DNA from: Chiloscyllium plagiosum
Taxonomy: Eukaryota
Reading direction: 5' to 3'
Assembly (NCBI RefSeq): GCF_004010195.1
Contig: NC_057719.1
Span: 28,695,309 to 28,759,308, forward strand
Length of the DNA stretch: 64,000 bases
A program made the translations under genes and the position numbers. This document shows positions 48,255-60,170 of this stretch, piece by piece. Under the pieces are notes generated by a model, which ran no database searches, was not told the DNA's origin, and saw only the letters and a list, made by a program, of their open reading frames with translations. Every line of letters begins with the position of its first letter. Position 1 is the first letter of the stretch.

Positions 48255-49910
48255 TGTAGAACCGCAGGAGATGGGAGAGGTTCTCAATGAATATTTCTCC
48301 TCTATGTTTATCATGGAGAAAGACATGAAGACTTGGGAATTTGGAGAAATTAGTGGTGATGTCTTGGAACAGTCTACATCACAGTAGAAGAGGTGTTGGA
48401 TGTATTAGAATGTATGAAGGTGGATAAATCTTCTGGTCCTGACCAGACATATCCAAGAACGTTGCAAGAGGCTAAAGAGGAATTGCAGGGGTCATGGCTG
48501 ATATTTTTGCATCATCGTTAGCCACAGGTGAGATCTCAGAAGACTGCAAGGTAGCAAATATTGTGCCATTATTCAAGAAGGGCTGCAAAGAAAAGCCTGG
48601 GAACTACAGACCAGTAAGCTTAATATCTGTGGTGGGTAAGTTACTGGAGAAGATTCCGAGAGACAAGATGTACATGCATTTGGAAAGACAGGGTTTGATT
48701 TGGAGTAGTCAGCATGGCATTTTGAATGGGCGATCATGCCTCACAAATTTGTTAGAGTTCTTTGATGAAGAGACTAGGAAGGTTGACAAGGGCAGGGCGG
48801 TAGGCTTGGTCTAAATGGTGTAGGTATAAGTGAGAACTGGAGATGCTGGAGACTAGAGTCTAGATTAGAATGGTGCTGGAAAAGCACAGCAGGTCAGGCA
48901 GCATCCGAGGAGCAGGAAAATCAAACTTCAGGCAAAAGCCCTTCATCAGGAATGACAGAATCTTGGTCTAAATGGATTTCAGTAAGGCCTTTGATAAGAT
49001 TCCATATGGTAGGCTGCTCTGGAAGATTAGATCACATGGAATCCAGAGATAGCTGGCAAATTGGATACAAAATTGCCTTGATATTAGGAAGCACAGGATA
49101 ATAGTGGAAGAATGCTTGTTGGATTGGAGGCCTGTGACTAGTGGAGTGCCTCAGGGGTTGGTGCTGGGCCCGTTACTGTTTGTTATCTCCATCAATGATT
49201 TGGATGAAATGTACAAGGCATGATTAGTAAGTTTGCTGATGACACTAAAATAGGCAGTACAGTATCATGTACAGTGAGGAAGGTCAGCAGAAATTGCAGC
49301 AGGACCTTGATCAGCTGGGGAAGTGGGCAGAGAAATGACAAATGGAGTTTAATAGAGATAAGTGTGAGGTCTTGCATTTTGGAAAGACAAATCAAAGTAG
49401 GAGTTTCATGGTGAATGGTAGGGCCCTAAGGAGTGTAGTAGAACAGAGGGACCTTGGAGTTCAGATTCACAGTTCTCCAAAAGTGGAGTCACAGGTAGAC
49501 AGGGCAGGGAAGAAGGCTTTTGGCACACTGGCCTTCAATGGCATTGAATGCAGAAGTTGGGAAGTTATGTTGCAGTTATACAGGATGTTGGTCAGGCTGT
49601 ACTTGGAGTATTGTCTTCAGTTTGGTCATCTTGTTATAGGAAGGATGTTATTAAACTGGAAAGACTGCAGAAGAAATTTACAAGGACGTTGCCTGGACTT
49701 AATGGTCTGAGTTATAGGGAGAGATTGGACAAGCTAGGATTTTTTTCTTAAGAGCATAGGAGACTGAGGGGGAATCTTATTGAAGTGGTTAAGGTCATGA
49801 GAGGTATGGATAGGGAGAATGCACTCAGTCTTTTTCCCAGGGTTGGGGAATCAAGAACTAGAGGGCATCAGTTTAAGGTAAGAGGGGAAAAAAATAATGG
49901 AGTAACCTTT
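48255..49910 (+). mobile_element. CR1 (HER1-like) ORF2 fragment, 3' end cut off at the Penelope junction
   Basis: PGNYRPVSLISVVGKLLE, QHG…SCLTNL and SKFADDTK motifs in successive frames. Confidence 0.93.
48819..48961 (-). mobile_element. Family A short element with a decayed hammerhead core (48922-48949)
   Basis: Minus strand reads CTGATGA-A-GGGC-TTTT-GCCT-GAAG-TTTG; 14-bp TSD cttggtctaaatgg (48805-48818 and 48962-48975). Confidence 0.85.
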
Positions 49911-50620
49911 TTCCTGTTTGTCCTATATAGTGTTTTGTGCAGTCCTTGCATGGTATTTTGTACACTACATTAGTTTTGGTCATGTTGGGTATCGGGTCCT
50001 TCGTTCTGGTGAGTTGTTGTCTGAGCGTGGCTGTTGGTTTGTATCTTTATGAGGCACAAACCAACAGCCACACTCAGACAACTCACCAGAATGAAGGACC
50101 CGATACCCAACATGAGCAAAACTAATGTAGTGTACAAAATACCATGCAAGGACTGCACAAAACACTATATAGGACAAACAGGAAGACAGCTAACAATCCG
50201 CATACATGAACATCAACTAGCCACGAAACGACACGACCAGCTATCCTTAGTAGCCACACACGCAGACAACAAGCAACATGAATTCGACTGGGACAACATT
50301 ACTATCATAGGGCAAGCCAGACAGAGAACAGCCAGGGAATTCCTAGAGGCATGGCATTCATCCACAAACTCCATCAACAAACACATCGACCTGGACCCAA
50401 TATACCAACCACTACAGCGGACAGCTGAAACAGACAACCGGAAGCGGCAGGGACAGACCACTATAAACACCGGAGGAAACATCAAAGAAGTGCTTCGCAG
50501 GAGGCTCCCAAGCACTGATGATGTCGCCTAGCCAGGGGACGAAACGTTTGCAACAAAAACTTCCAGCTCGGCGAACAGAACCATAGCAACGAGCACCCGA
50601 GCTACAAATCTTCGCACAAA
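49911..50620 (+). mobile_element. Penelope-like element 3' end (GIY-YIG endonuclease) with a 5' inverted duplication
   Basis: ORF 50034-50531 contains NVVYKIPCKDCTKHYIGQTGRQLTIRIHEH…REFLEAW…IN; 49911-50042 is the inverted copy of 50056-50184. Confidence 0.93.
50515..50548 (+). ncRNA. Penelope-associated minimal hammerhead ribozyme motif (family C)
   Basis: gca-CTGATGA-T-GTCgCC-tagcca-GGgGAC-GAAA-CG-TT-tgc: full core, helix II with one mismatch, ACGU helix III and gca/ugc helix I. Confidence 0.7.
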
Positions 50621-50904
50621 TGTTACAGAAATTGGCTGAAACAAGTAGCAAGATAGGAAAGCAATACAAGAGTTTTTTCAATTATCGCTCTGGAAGGAAG
50701 AAGTGAAAAATGTTTGCAACTTAGTAAAGAATTTGTTATGAACAACAGAACTTTGCATAATTTGGAATTTATGCAAGGTGGACTTCAGGAGCTGGGCAAG
50801 GAAAGAACTGGAGAAATAAAGCCTGAAGACAATGGTGAAAACTGTTGAGGAATTTATTGGTGAATAGCAGGAAAATGCAGAATTGGTAGACTGGATCATA
50901 TTCA

Positions 50905-53250
50905 ATTACTCAGCTGCAAACCTGGACAAGCATACCGCCAAGGTCACAGACTTCATTAGCAACTGTTTGGAGGATTGTGTGCCAAAGAAATCAATCCAGG
51001 TGTTCCCCAGCCAGAAACCTTGGTTGAACTGAGAAATCCACTCCCGACTGAAGATTAGGTTTGCAAATTCAAATCGGACAACGCAGACTTATATAGAAAA
51101 TCCAGATATGAGCTCTGCAAAGCCATCAGAGATGCCAAGAGGTTGTACCGGACCAAGTTAGAGGCCCAAACCAACCATACAGACTCCCGCCACTTGTGGT
51201 AAGGTCTTAACAACAGAGTCATAGAAAGGCACAACACGGAAACAGACTCTTCAGTCCAACTCGTCCATGCCGACCAGATATCCCTACCCAATCTAGTCTC
51301 ACTTACCAGTGCCCAGCTCATATCCCTCCAAACCCTTCCTATTCATATACCCATTCAGATGCCTTTTGAATGCTACAGTTGTACCAGTCTCCACCACTTC
51401 CTCTAGCAACTCATTCCATACACATACCACCCTCTGCCCCTTAGGTCTCTTTTATATCTTTCTCCTCTCACCCTAAACCTATGCCATCTAGTTTTGGACT
51501 CCCCGACCCCAGGGAAAAGACTTTGTCTATCTATCCTACCCATGCCCCTCATGACTTTATAAACCTCTATATAAGGTCATCCCTCAGCCTCTGACGCTCT
51601 GAAGCAGAGACAAAAGACACATCCCTTCCTGGTGCACTCAATGCTTTCTATGCTCAGTTCGAGCAGAATGCTGGCGGCACAGTGTCACCTACCCCAACAG
51701 CCCTGGACGCACTTGTTCCATCCATCATCATTGCAGATGGCAGATTGGTCTTCGTGGGAGTCAACCTAAGAGAGCAACCGGCCTGGACGGAGTCCCCGAC
51801 CATGCACTTCGAGCCTGGTTTCAGACCACCTGGCGGAGATAATCACTGACATCTTCAGCCACTAGTCAAAGTCCCTACCTGCTTCGAAAAGACCATCATC
51901 ATCCCAGTACCGAAGAAAACACATGCAATGTACTTTGATGACTACCACCCAGTGGCTCTGAACTCCATAATCAAGAAGCGCTTCGAGAGGCTGATCATGG
52001 CGCACATCAACTCTAGTCTCTTAGCCTGTCTCAATCCCCAGCAATTTGCCTACTGACATAACAAGTCCACAGCAGAAGCCATTTCCCTATCCCTTCACTC
52101 ATCCCTGGAGCATCTGGACAACAAGAACACCTACATCAGACTCCTGCTCTTTGACTACAGTTCCACCTTCACCACCAATATCCCCTTCAGACTGATCTCA
52201 AAATTCCAAGACCTAGGTCTTGGCCCCAACCTCTGCAACTGGATCCTCAGCTTCCTTACCCACAGACTGTAATCAGTGAAGATAGACAACTGCATCTGCT
52301 CCATGGTAACACTGAACACTGGAGACCCCCAATGATGCACTCTCAGCCCCCTACTGTACTCCCTGTACACTTGCGACTGTGTTGCTAAATTCTGAACAAA
52401 TGCTATTTTCAAGCTTGCTGACAACAGCAACATGATAGGAGGACATCAAACAATGAGTCAGAATACAGAAAGGAAATAGAGCGCTTGGCAACGTGGTGCA
52501 ATGATAACAACCTCTCTCTCAATGTTAGCAAAACAAAAGAATTGATCATTGACTTCAGAAAGAAAGGAGGAGAATACGCCCCCATCAATATCAATGAGAG
52601 GGTCGGGACCATCAAGTTCCTAGAAGTGACAAGAACCAACAACCACCTGGACGTTCCACGTAGATGTGACAGTCAAGGCAGCACAACAATGGCTCTGCTT
52701 CCTCAGATGGCTCAGGAAATTTGGTCCAACTTTTAATATGCACCATAAAAAGCATACTGTCCGAGTGCATAACGGCCTAGTACAGCAACTGCTCTGCCCA
52801 GGACTGTAAGAAACTACAGAGGTTGTATGCACAGCGCAGACCATTACAGAAGCCAACCTCTGATCCTTGGATCCCATTTACTTGTCTCAGTGCCGTGGAA
52901 AGGCTGCCAATGTCATGAAAGACATATCCCACCCCGGTAATACTCTCCCAAAGACTCTTCTGACAGACAGGAGATACAGAAGCATAAACACACGCATTTC
53001 ATGAACAGTTTCTTCACTACCGTTATCAAACTGATGAACGCACCCTCCAGCTTCAAATAATGTTGATTTTGTTAATGCTAATCTTGCTGAGCGCATGTCC
53101 TGTGTGGTGTAACCTATATGCCTTAAACTGTCCAAGTTTTGTTTTCACACTATGATCTGTATGTCCTTGCTTACTATGATCTGCCTGTATTGCTTTTCAC
53201 TGTACTGAAGTACATGTGACAATAAATAAAATAGAATCAAATAATCAAAT
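50905..53250 (+). mobile_element. Rex1/Babar-clade LINE, decayed
   Basis: VTDFISNCLEDCVPKKSIQVFPSQKPWL (about 50943-51026), DYSSTF, WCNDNNLSLNVSKTKELIIDFRK; 3' end tgtgacaataaataaa…atcaaa. Confidence 0.88.
51216..51600 (-). mobile_element. CR1 (HER1-like) 3' fragment inserted in Rex1
   Basis: Homologous to 35116-35510. Confidence 0.9.
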
Positions 53251-53574
53251 CAGACAATGGAAGTAGAAATATGGAGGTAGAAATGCGCAATCCTAGTGAT
53301 TGGAATGAAGTGAGGCTTTGAGCTTAGAATCAAAAAATGCATTGAATTTAATGTACTGGAAAGTTCAGCAGCCAGAAAAGGGAATAGAATCACATCTGTG
53401 ATGTAAAGATTTCCAGCGTCAGTTCTACATAATAGATGTTACACCCTCATCTAAAGAGTATTATATAGAATATAAAATCCTTCATGACTTCATGTTCTCT
53501 AAACATTTCTCCTATACTTTCGTGTTCCTCAAAATGTTGATAGTATAGACAGCAATTCCCCAGTCTTCAACTAT

Positions 53575-56013
53575 ATAATCAGGTTCTGGTCAAGAATAAG
53601 AACGAATCATACTTTAGACTGAGACAATTGGGATCAAATGAATCTCTTGAAGAATATAAAGAGTGTAGGTGCATTCTTAAGAAGACAATCAAAAGGGCCA
53701 AAAATGGATATGAGATATCCTTGGCAAATAAGGTTAAGGATAATCCAAACAAATTCTATAAATACATTAAGAGCAAAAGAGTAACTAGGCAGAGAATAGG
53801 GCCCTTTAAAGATCAACTAGGTCATCTCTGTGTTGATCCTCAGGAAATGGGAGAAATACTAAACAAATAGTTCATGACAATTTTTACAGTGGAGGAAAAA
53901 ATGGAGGCTAGAGAACACAGGGAAATAATTATTGATGTATGAAAATAGTTCACATTACAGAAGAGGAAGTGCTGGAAGTTTTAGATAACATGAAGGTGGA
54001 TAAATCTCCAGGACCTGATCAAGTGTATCCCAAGGTGTTGTAGGAAGTCAGAGTAGAAATTGCGGGCCCATATAGCAGAGATATTTATATCATCCATAAC
54101 CACAGGTGAGATGCTGGAAGACTGGAGAATGGTGAATGTTGTGCCTTTATTTAAGAAAGGCTGTAAGATAAGCCTGGGAGCTATGGACCTGGGAGTCAGA
54201 CGTTGGTGGTGGGTAAGTTGTTGGATGATAGGATTTACATCCATTTGGACTTCAGTAAAGCCTTTGACAAAGTTCCACATGGTAGACTAGTTAGTGAAGT
54301 TAGATCACACGAGATTCAGGAAGAGCCTGCCAATTGGATACAAAATTGGCTTTTCAGTAGGAGACAGAGAGTGGTGGTGGGAATGTTGTTTTTTGGGCCT
54401 GTGACTGGTGGTGTTCTGCAGGAATAGGTACTGGATCCACTTTTGTTTATCATTTATAGAAATGACTTTAGGAGACATGGTTAGTAAGTTTGCAGATGAT
54501 ATTGAAATTGGGGTATTATGGATAGTGAAGAAGATTATATAGATTACAAAGAGATCTTTGTCAATTGGGCCAATGGGCTGAGGAGCAGCAGATGGAGGTT
54601 AATTTGGGTAAATGTGACATGTTGCATTTTGGTAAAACAAGCAGGAGTAGGACTTATACAGTTAATGATAGGGCCCTGGTAATGTTGTAGAATAGAGACC
54701 TAGCGGTTCAGGTACATAATTCTTTGAAATTTGTGTCGCATATAGACAAGGTAGTTAAGAAGGCATTCATTGCTCAGACCTTTGAATATAAGAGCTGCAA
54801 TGTTCTGTTGAGGATGGTGAGGCCTCTACTGGAGTATTGTGTACAGTTCTGGTTCCCCTGCCATAGAAAGGATATTACTAAATTGGAGAGCGTTCAGAGA
54901 AGATTTACAAGGATGTTGCCAGAAATGGAAGGTTTGAGCTATAAAGATAGGCTGAATAGGCTGGAACGTCTTTCACTGTATCATAGGAGTTTGAGGGGTA
55001 ACCTTCAAGAGGTTTATAAAATCATGAGGGGCATACAAATGGCAGGAGTTTTTTTTCCTAAGGTGGGGGAGTTCAAAACCAGGGCGGGGGGCATATTTTT
55101 AAGGCAAGAGGAGAAAGGTTTAAAAAGGACATGAAGGGCAACTTTTTGTTTACACAAAGGGTGGTTCGTATATGGAAGGAACTGCCTGATGCAGTTACAT
55201 CGAACATTACAGAGCAGTACAGGCCCTTCGGCCCTCGATATTGCGCCGACCAGTGGAACCAATCTAAAGCCCATCTATCCTACACCATTCCATTTTCATG
55301 CATACGCTTATCCAATGGCCATTTAAATGCTCTTAAAGTTGGCAAGTCTACTACTGTTGCAGGCAGGGCATTCCATGCTGCTACTACTCTGATTAAAGAA
55401 ACTACCTATGACATCTGTCCTATATCTATCACCCCTCAATTTAAAGCTATGTCCCCTCGAGCTAGCCATCACCATTTAAGAAAAAAGACTTTCACTGTCC
55501 ACCCTATCTAATCCTCTGATTATCTTTTTTGTCTGAATTAAGTCTCTTCTCAAGCTTCTCCTCTCTAATGAAAACAGCCTCAAGTCCCTCAGCCTTCCCT
55601 CCATATCAAGCAACATCCTACTAAATTGCCTCTGAACCCTTTCCAAAGCTTCCACATCCTTCCTATAATGCGGTGACCAGAACTATACACAATACTCCAA
55701 GTGCGGCCGCACTAGAGTTTTAGAGCATGAGCTCGTGGCTCTGAAATTCAATCCCTCTATCAATAAAAAAAACACGCTGTATGCCTTTGTAACAATCCTA
55801 TCAACCTGGATGGCAACTTTCAGGGACTTATACAGATCTATAAAGGGATCAATACAGTTACAACATTTAAAAGACATCTGGATAAGTACATGAATATGAA
55901 ACATTTGGAGGGATATGGGCCAAACACAGGCAAGTGGGACTCGTTTCATTTGGGAATATGGTCAGCGTGGACTAGTCGGATAGAAGGGTCTGTTTCTACA
56001 CTGTATGACTCTG
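53575..56013 (+). mobile_element. CR1 ORF2 fragment whose 3' end (about 55850-56013) is displaced by an antisense CR1
   Basis: NPNKFYKYIK, LDFSKAFDKVPH and EYCVQFW; cagttaca is repeated on both sides of the insert. Confidence 0.9.
55200..55848 (-). mobile_element. CR1 3' fragment (second subfamily) nested antisense
   Basis: Reverse complement of about 58750-59410 (TLVRPHLEYCV; tail gtactgctctgtaatgttc). Confidence 0.88.
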
Positions 56014-59000
56014 AGTCTGCTCAGAAGGGAAGCGGGGATAGGAGCAGAGCATTAGTCATTGGAGATTCCATTGTTAGGGGGACAGGCAGGAGGTTCTGTG
56101 GGAACGAGAGAGACTCATAGTTGGTGTGTTGCCTCCCAGGTGCCAGGGTTCATGATGTCTCTGATCATGTTTTTGGGTTCCTTTGGGCGGGGGGGAAAGA
56201 GCAGTCCCAAGTTGTGGTCCATATAGGCCCTAAGAACATAAGGAAAGGGAGCTGGGGGAAACTTAGTGCTAGAACAAACAGAGTTGTTATCTCTGGTTTG
56301 TTACCCATGCCAGGTGCTAGCGAGGCAAGGAATAGGGAAAGAGAAGAGTTGAACACACACCTACAGGGATGGTGCAGGAGGGAGGGTTTCAGATACCTGG
56401 ATAATTGGGGCTCATTCTGGGGTAGATGGGATCTCTACAAACGGGATGATCTACACCTGAACCAGACAGGTACCAATATCCTGGGGGGAAAACTTGCTAA
56501 TGCTCTTCAGGAGGGTTTAAACTGATTCAGCAGGGGGATGGGAACCTAAATTGTAGTTCCAGTGTCCTGGAGATTGAGAGTATTGAGGTCAGAAATATGT
56601 TTCAAGGTCGCAAGAGTGCACTGGCAAGCAGGAAGATTGGTTTGAAGTGTGTCTACAAATAAGGTGGGTGAACTTGCAGCATGGGTTGGTACCCTGAGGC
56701 TTCAATGTTGTGGCCATTGCAGAGGCATGGAGAGAGCAGGGACAGGAATGGTCGTTGCAGGTTCCAGGATGTAGATGTTTCAATAAGAACAGAGAAGATG
56801 GTAAAAGAAGGGGAGGTGTGGCATTGTTAGTCAAGGACAGTATTACGGTGGCAGAAAGGACATTTGAGGACTCGTCTACTAAGGTAGTATAAGCGAAGGT
56901 TAGAAACAGGAAAGGAGCAATTACCCAATTGGGAGTTTCCTATAGGCCTCCGAAAAAGAGGTAGAGAAGAGGATAGAAAAGATGATTCTGGATAGGAGCG
57001 AGAGCAACAGGGTAGCTGTTATGGGGGACTTTAACTTTCCAAATATTGACTGGAAATACTATAGTTCGAATATTTTAGATGGGTCAGTTTTTGTCCAATG
57101 TGTGCAGGAAGGTTTCCTGACACAGTATGTAGGTTAACAAGAGGCAAGGCCACATTGGATTTGGTACTGGGTAAAGAATCCAACCAGGTGTTAGATTTCA
57201 AGGTATGTGAGCACTTTGGAGATAGTGATCACAATTCGGTTATGTTTACTTTAGCGATGGAAGGGGGATAGGTATATACCGCAGGGCAAAAGTTATAGCA
57301 ATTATGGTGTGATCAGGCAAGCTTTAGGATGCTTAGGATGGGGAAGAAAACTGCAAGGTATGGGCACAATTGAAATGTGGAGCATATTCAAGGAACAGCT
57401 AATGCGTGTCCTTGCTAAGTATGTACCCGTCAGGCAGGGAGGAAGTGGTTGAACGAGGGAGCTGTGCTTTACTGAAGAAGTTGAATCTCTTGTCAAGAGG
57501 AAGAAGGCCACTTATGTTAGGTTGAGAAGTGAAGGCTCAGTTAGGGCGCTCGAGAGTTATAAGCTAGCTAGGAAAGACCGAAAGAGAGAACTAAGAAGAG
57601 CCAGGAGGGGACATGAGAAGACGTTAGCAGATAGAATCAAGGAAAACCTTAAAGCTTCCTATAGATATATCAGGAAGAATGACGAGAGTAAGATTAGGGC
57701 CAATCAAGGACAGTAGTGGGAAGTTGTGTGTGGAGTCCGAGGAGATAGGAGAAGCGTTAAATTAATACTTTCCGTCACTGGAAAAAGACAACGTAGTCAA
57801 GGAGAATACTGAGATACAAGCGACTAGACTAGATGGGATTGAGGTTCACAAGGAGGAGGTGTTAGCAATTCTGGAAAGTGTGACAATAGATAAGGCCCCT
57901 GGGCAAATTGGGATTTATCCTAGGCTTCTCTGGAAAGCCAGGGAGGAGATTGCAGAGGCTTTGGCTTTGATCTTTATATCATCATTGTCTACAGGAATAG
58001 TGCCAGAAGGCTGGAGGATAGCAAATGTTTTCCCCTTGTTCAAGAAGGGGAGGAGAGACAACCCTGGTAATTATAGATCAACTTACTCAGTAGTGGCTAA
58101 AGTGTTGGAAAAGATGTAGAATTTACAATCATTTAGAGATGAATAAGTTGATCAGGGATAGTCAACACGGTTTTGTGAAGGATAGGTTGCGCCTCACAAA
58201 CCTCATTGAGTTCTTTGAGAAGGTGACTAAACAGGTGGATGAGGGGAAAGCGGTGGATGTGGTGTATATAGATTTCAGCAAGATGTTTGATAAGATTCCC
58301 TAATAGGTTTTTGTACAAAATACGGAGGCATGGGATTGAGGGTGATTTAGCAGTTTGGATCAGAAATTGGCTAGCTGCAAGAAAAGAGAGGGTGGTGGTT
58401 GATGGGAAAAGTTCATCCTGGAGTTCAGTTACTTGTGGTGTACCACAAGGATCTGTTTTGGGGCCACTGCTATTGTCATTTTTATAAATAACCTGGTTGA
58501 GGGCATAGAAGGATGGGTTAATAAATTTGCGGATGACACTAAAGTCAGTGGAGTTGTGGATAGTGCCGAAGGATATTGCAGGTTACAGAGGGACATAGAT
58601 AAGCTGCAGAGCTGGGATGAGAGGTGGCAAACGGGGTTTAATGTGGAAAACTGTGAGGTGATTCGTTTTGGAAGGAGCACAAGGAATAAAGAATATTGGG
58701 CTCATGGTAAGATTCCTGGTAGTGTGGATGAGCAGAGAGATCTCAGTATCCATGAACACAGATCCCTGAAAGTTGCCACCCAGGTTGATAGGGTTAAGAT
58801 GGCATACAGTGTGTTAGCTTTTATTGGTAAAGGGATTGAGTTTCAAAGCCATGAGGTCATGTTGCAGCTGTACAAAACTCTGGTGCGGCCGCAATTGGAG
58901 CATTGCGTATCGTTCTGGTCACCGCATCATAGGAAGCAGGTGGAAGCTCTGGAAAAGGTTCAGAGGTTATTTACTAGGATGTTACCTGGTATGGATTGAA

Positions 59001-59411
59001 GGTCTTATGAGGAAAGGCTGAGAGACTTGAGGCTGTTTTTGTTAGAGAGAAGAGGGTTGAGAAGTTACCTAATTGAGACATATAAGATAATGAGAGGTTT
59101 GGAAGGGTGGACAGTGAGAGACTTTTTCCTCAGATGGTGATGGCTAGCATGAGGGGACATAGCTTTAAATTGAGGGGTAATAGATAAAGGACAGATGTCA
59201 GAGATAGCTTCTTTACTCAGAGAATAGTAGGGGTGTGGAGCGCCCTGCCTGTAACAGTAGTAGTCTCACCAACTTTAAGAGCATTTAAATGGTCATTGGA
59301 CAAACATCCGGATGAAACTGGAATAGTGTAGGATTGATAGGCTTCAGATTGGTTCCACAGGTCAGCTCAACATTGAGGGCCAAAGGGCAGTACTGCGCTG
59401 TAATGTTCTAG
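56014..59411 (+). mobile_element. CR1 LINE with ORF1 SGNH-esterase and the full ORF2 span, inactive
   Basis: LVIGDSIVRG, CCLPGARV, DDLHLN (esterase); GGVALLV, GDFNF, SDHN (endonuclease); NKFADDTK (RT); tail gcgctgtaatgttcta. Confidence 0.95.
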
Positions 59412-60040
59412 GAGTCTATTTTCTTAAGTGTCTAATCTTCATGCGAGAATCAATTCAAACCCAGCATCTATGCTTGATACACATTCAACAAGCGTAACTG
59501 AATAGTGATTTATGTGCAAGATTGCAGGTTTTTTTCCCTTCATTACTTTAAGATACAAGACTAGTTAACTCTGACAGATCACCAGAATGCAAACATATAG
59601 CATTATTAAATTGCATGGCTCAGTACTACACCAAGCATTGAGTTTAGATCGGCTCCAAAAAAGCACATGTTAATAACTGTTCTAAAATATTTTATGAAGT
59701 AATTTTATATTTTTAACTGAAGTACTGTAATTACTCCCACACACGATAGTTTAGATATTTTAATAATACAGCATCCAAAACAATAACATTATAGAAAAAG
59801 AGAGCAATTTTTCCTTCATTAAGGCATAATGTATGCTCAAATTTTATGATGATTAAATTATGCACATTTGTGCACAAGTTTAACTTGAGAAAATACCTAG
59901 AATGAAAATAAAATAAAAATAATCACAGAAATACTTCATAAACTCTATAACATTGAGAGATATTAGAATTTTAAAAATAATCTGCAATTTAGATTAGATT
60001 TATGCCAGTATTTTAAAATACTCAACACTTTATATAGTGT

Positions 60041-60170
60041 GAAAGTGAGGACTACAGACGCTGGAGACTAGAGTCGAGTGTGTGCTGCTGGAAAAGCTGA
60101 GCAAGTCAGGCAGCATCCGAGGGGCAGGAGAGTCGGTGTTTCGGGCAAAAGCCCTTCATCAGCCCTTTCC
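60041..60170 (-). mobile_element. Family A short element with a mutated hammerhead core (60135-60162)
   Basis: Minus strand reads CTGATGA-A-GGGC-TTTT-GCCC-GAAA-CACC (GUC site lost); imperfect flanking repeat ttatatagtg/ttatataatg. Confidence 0.8.
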
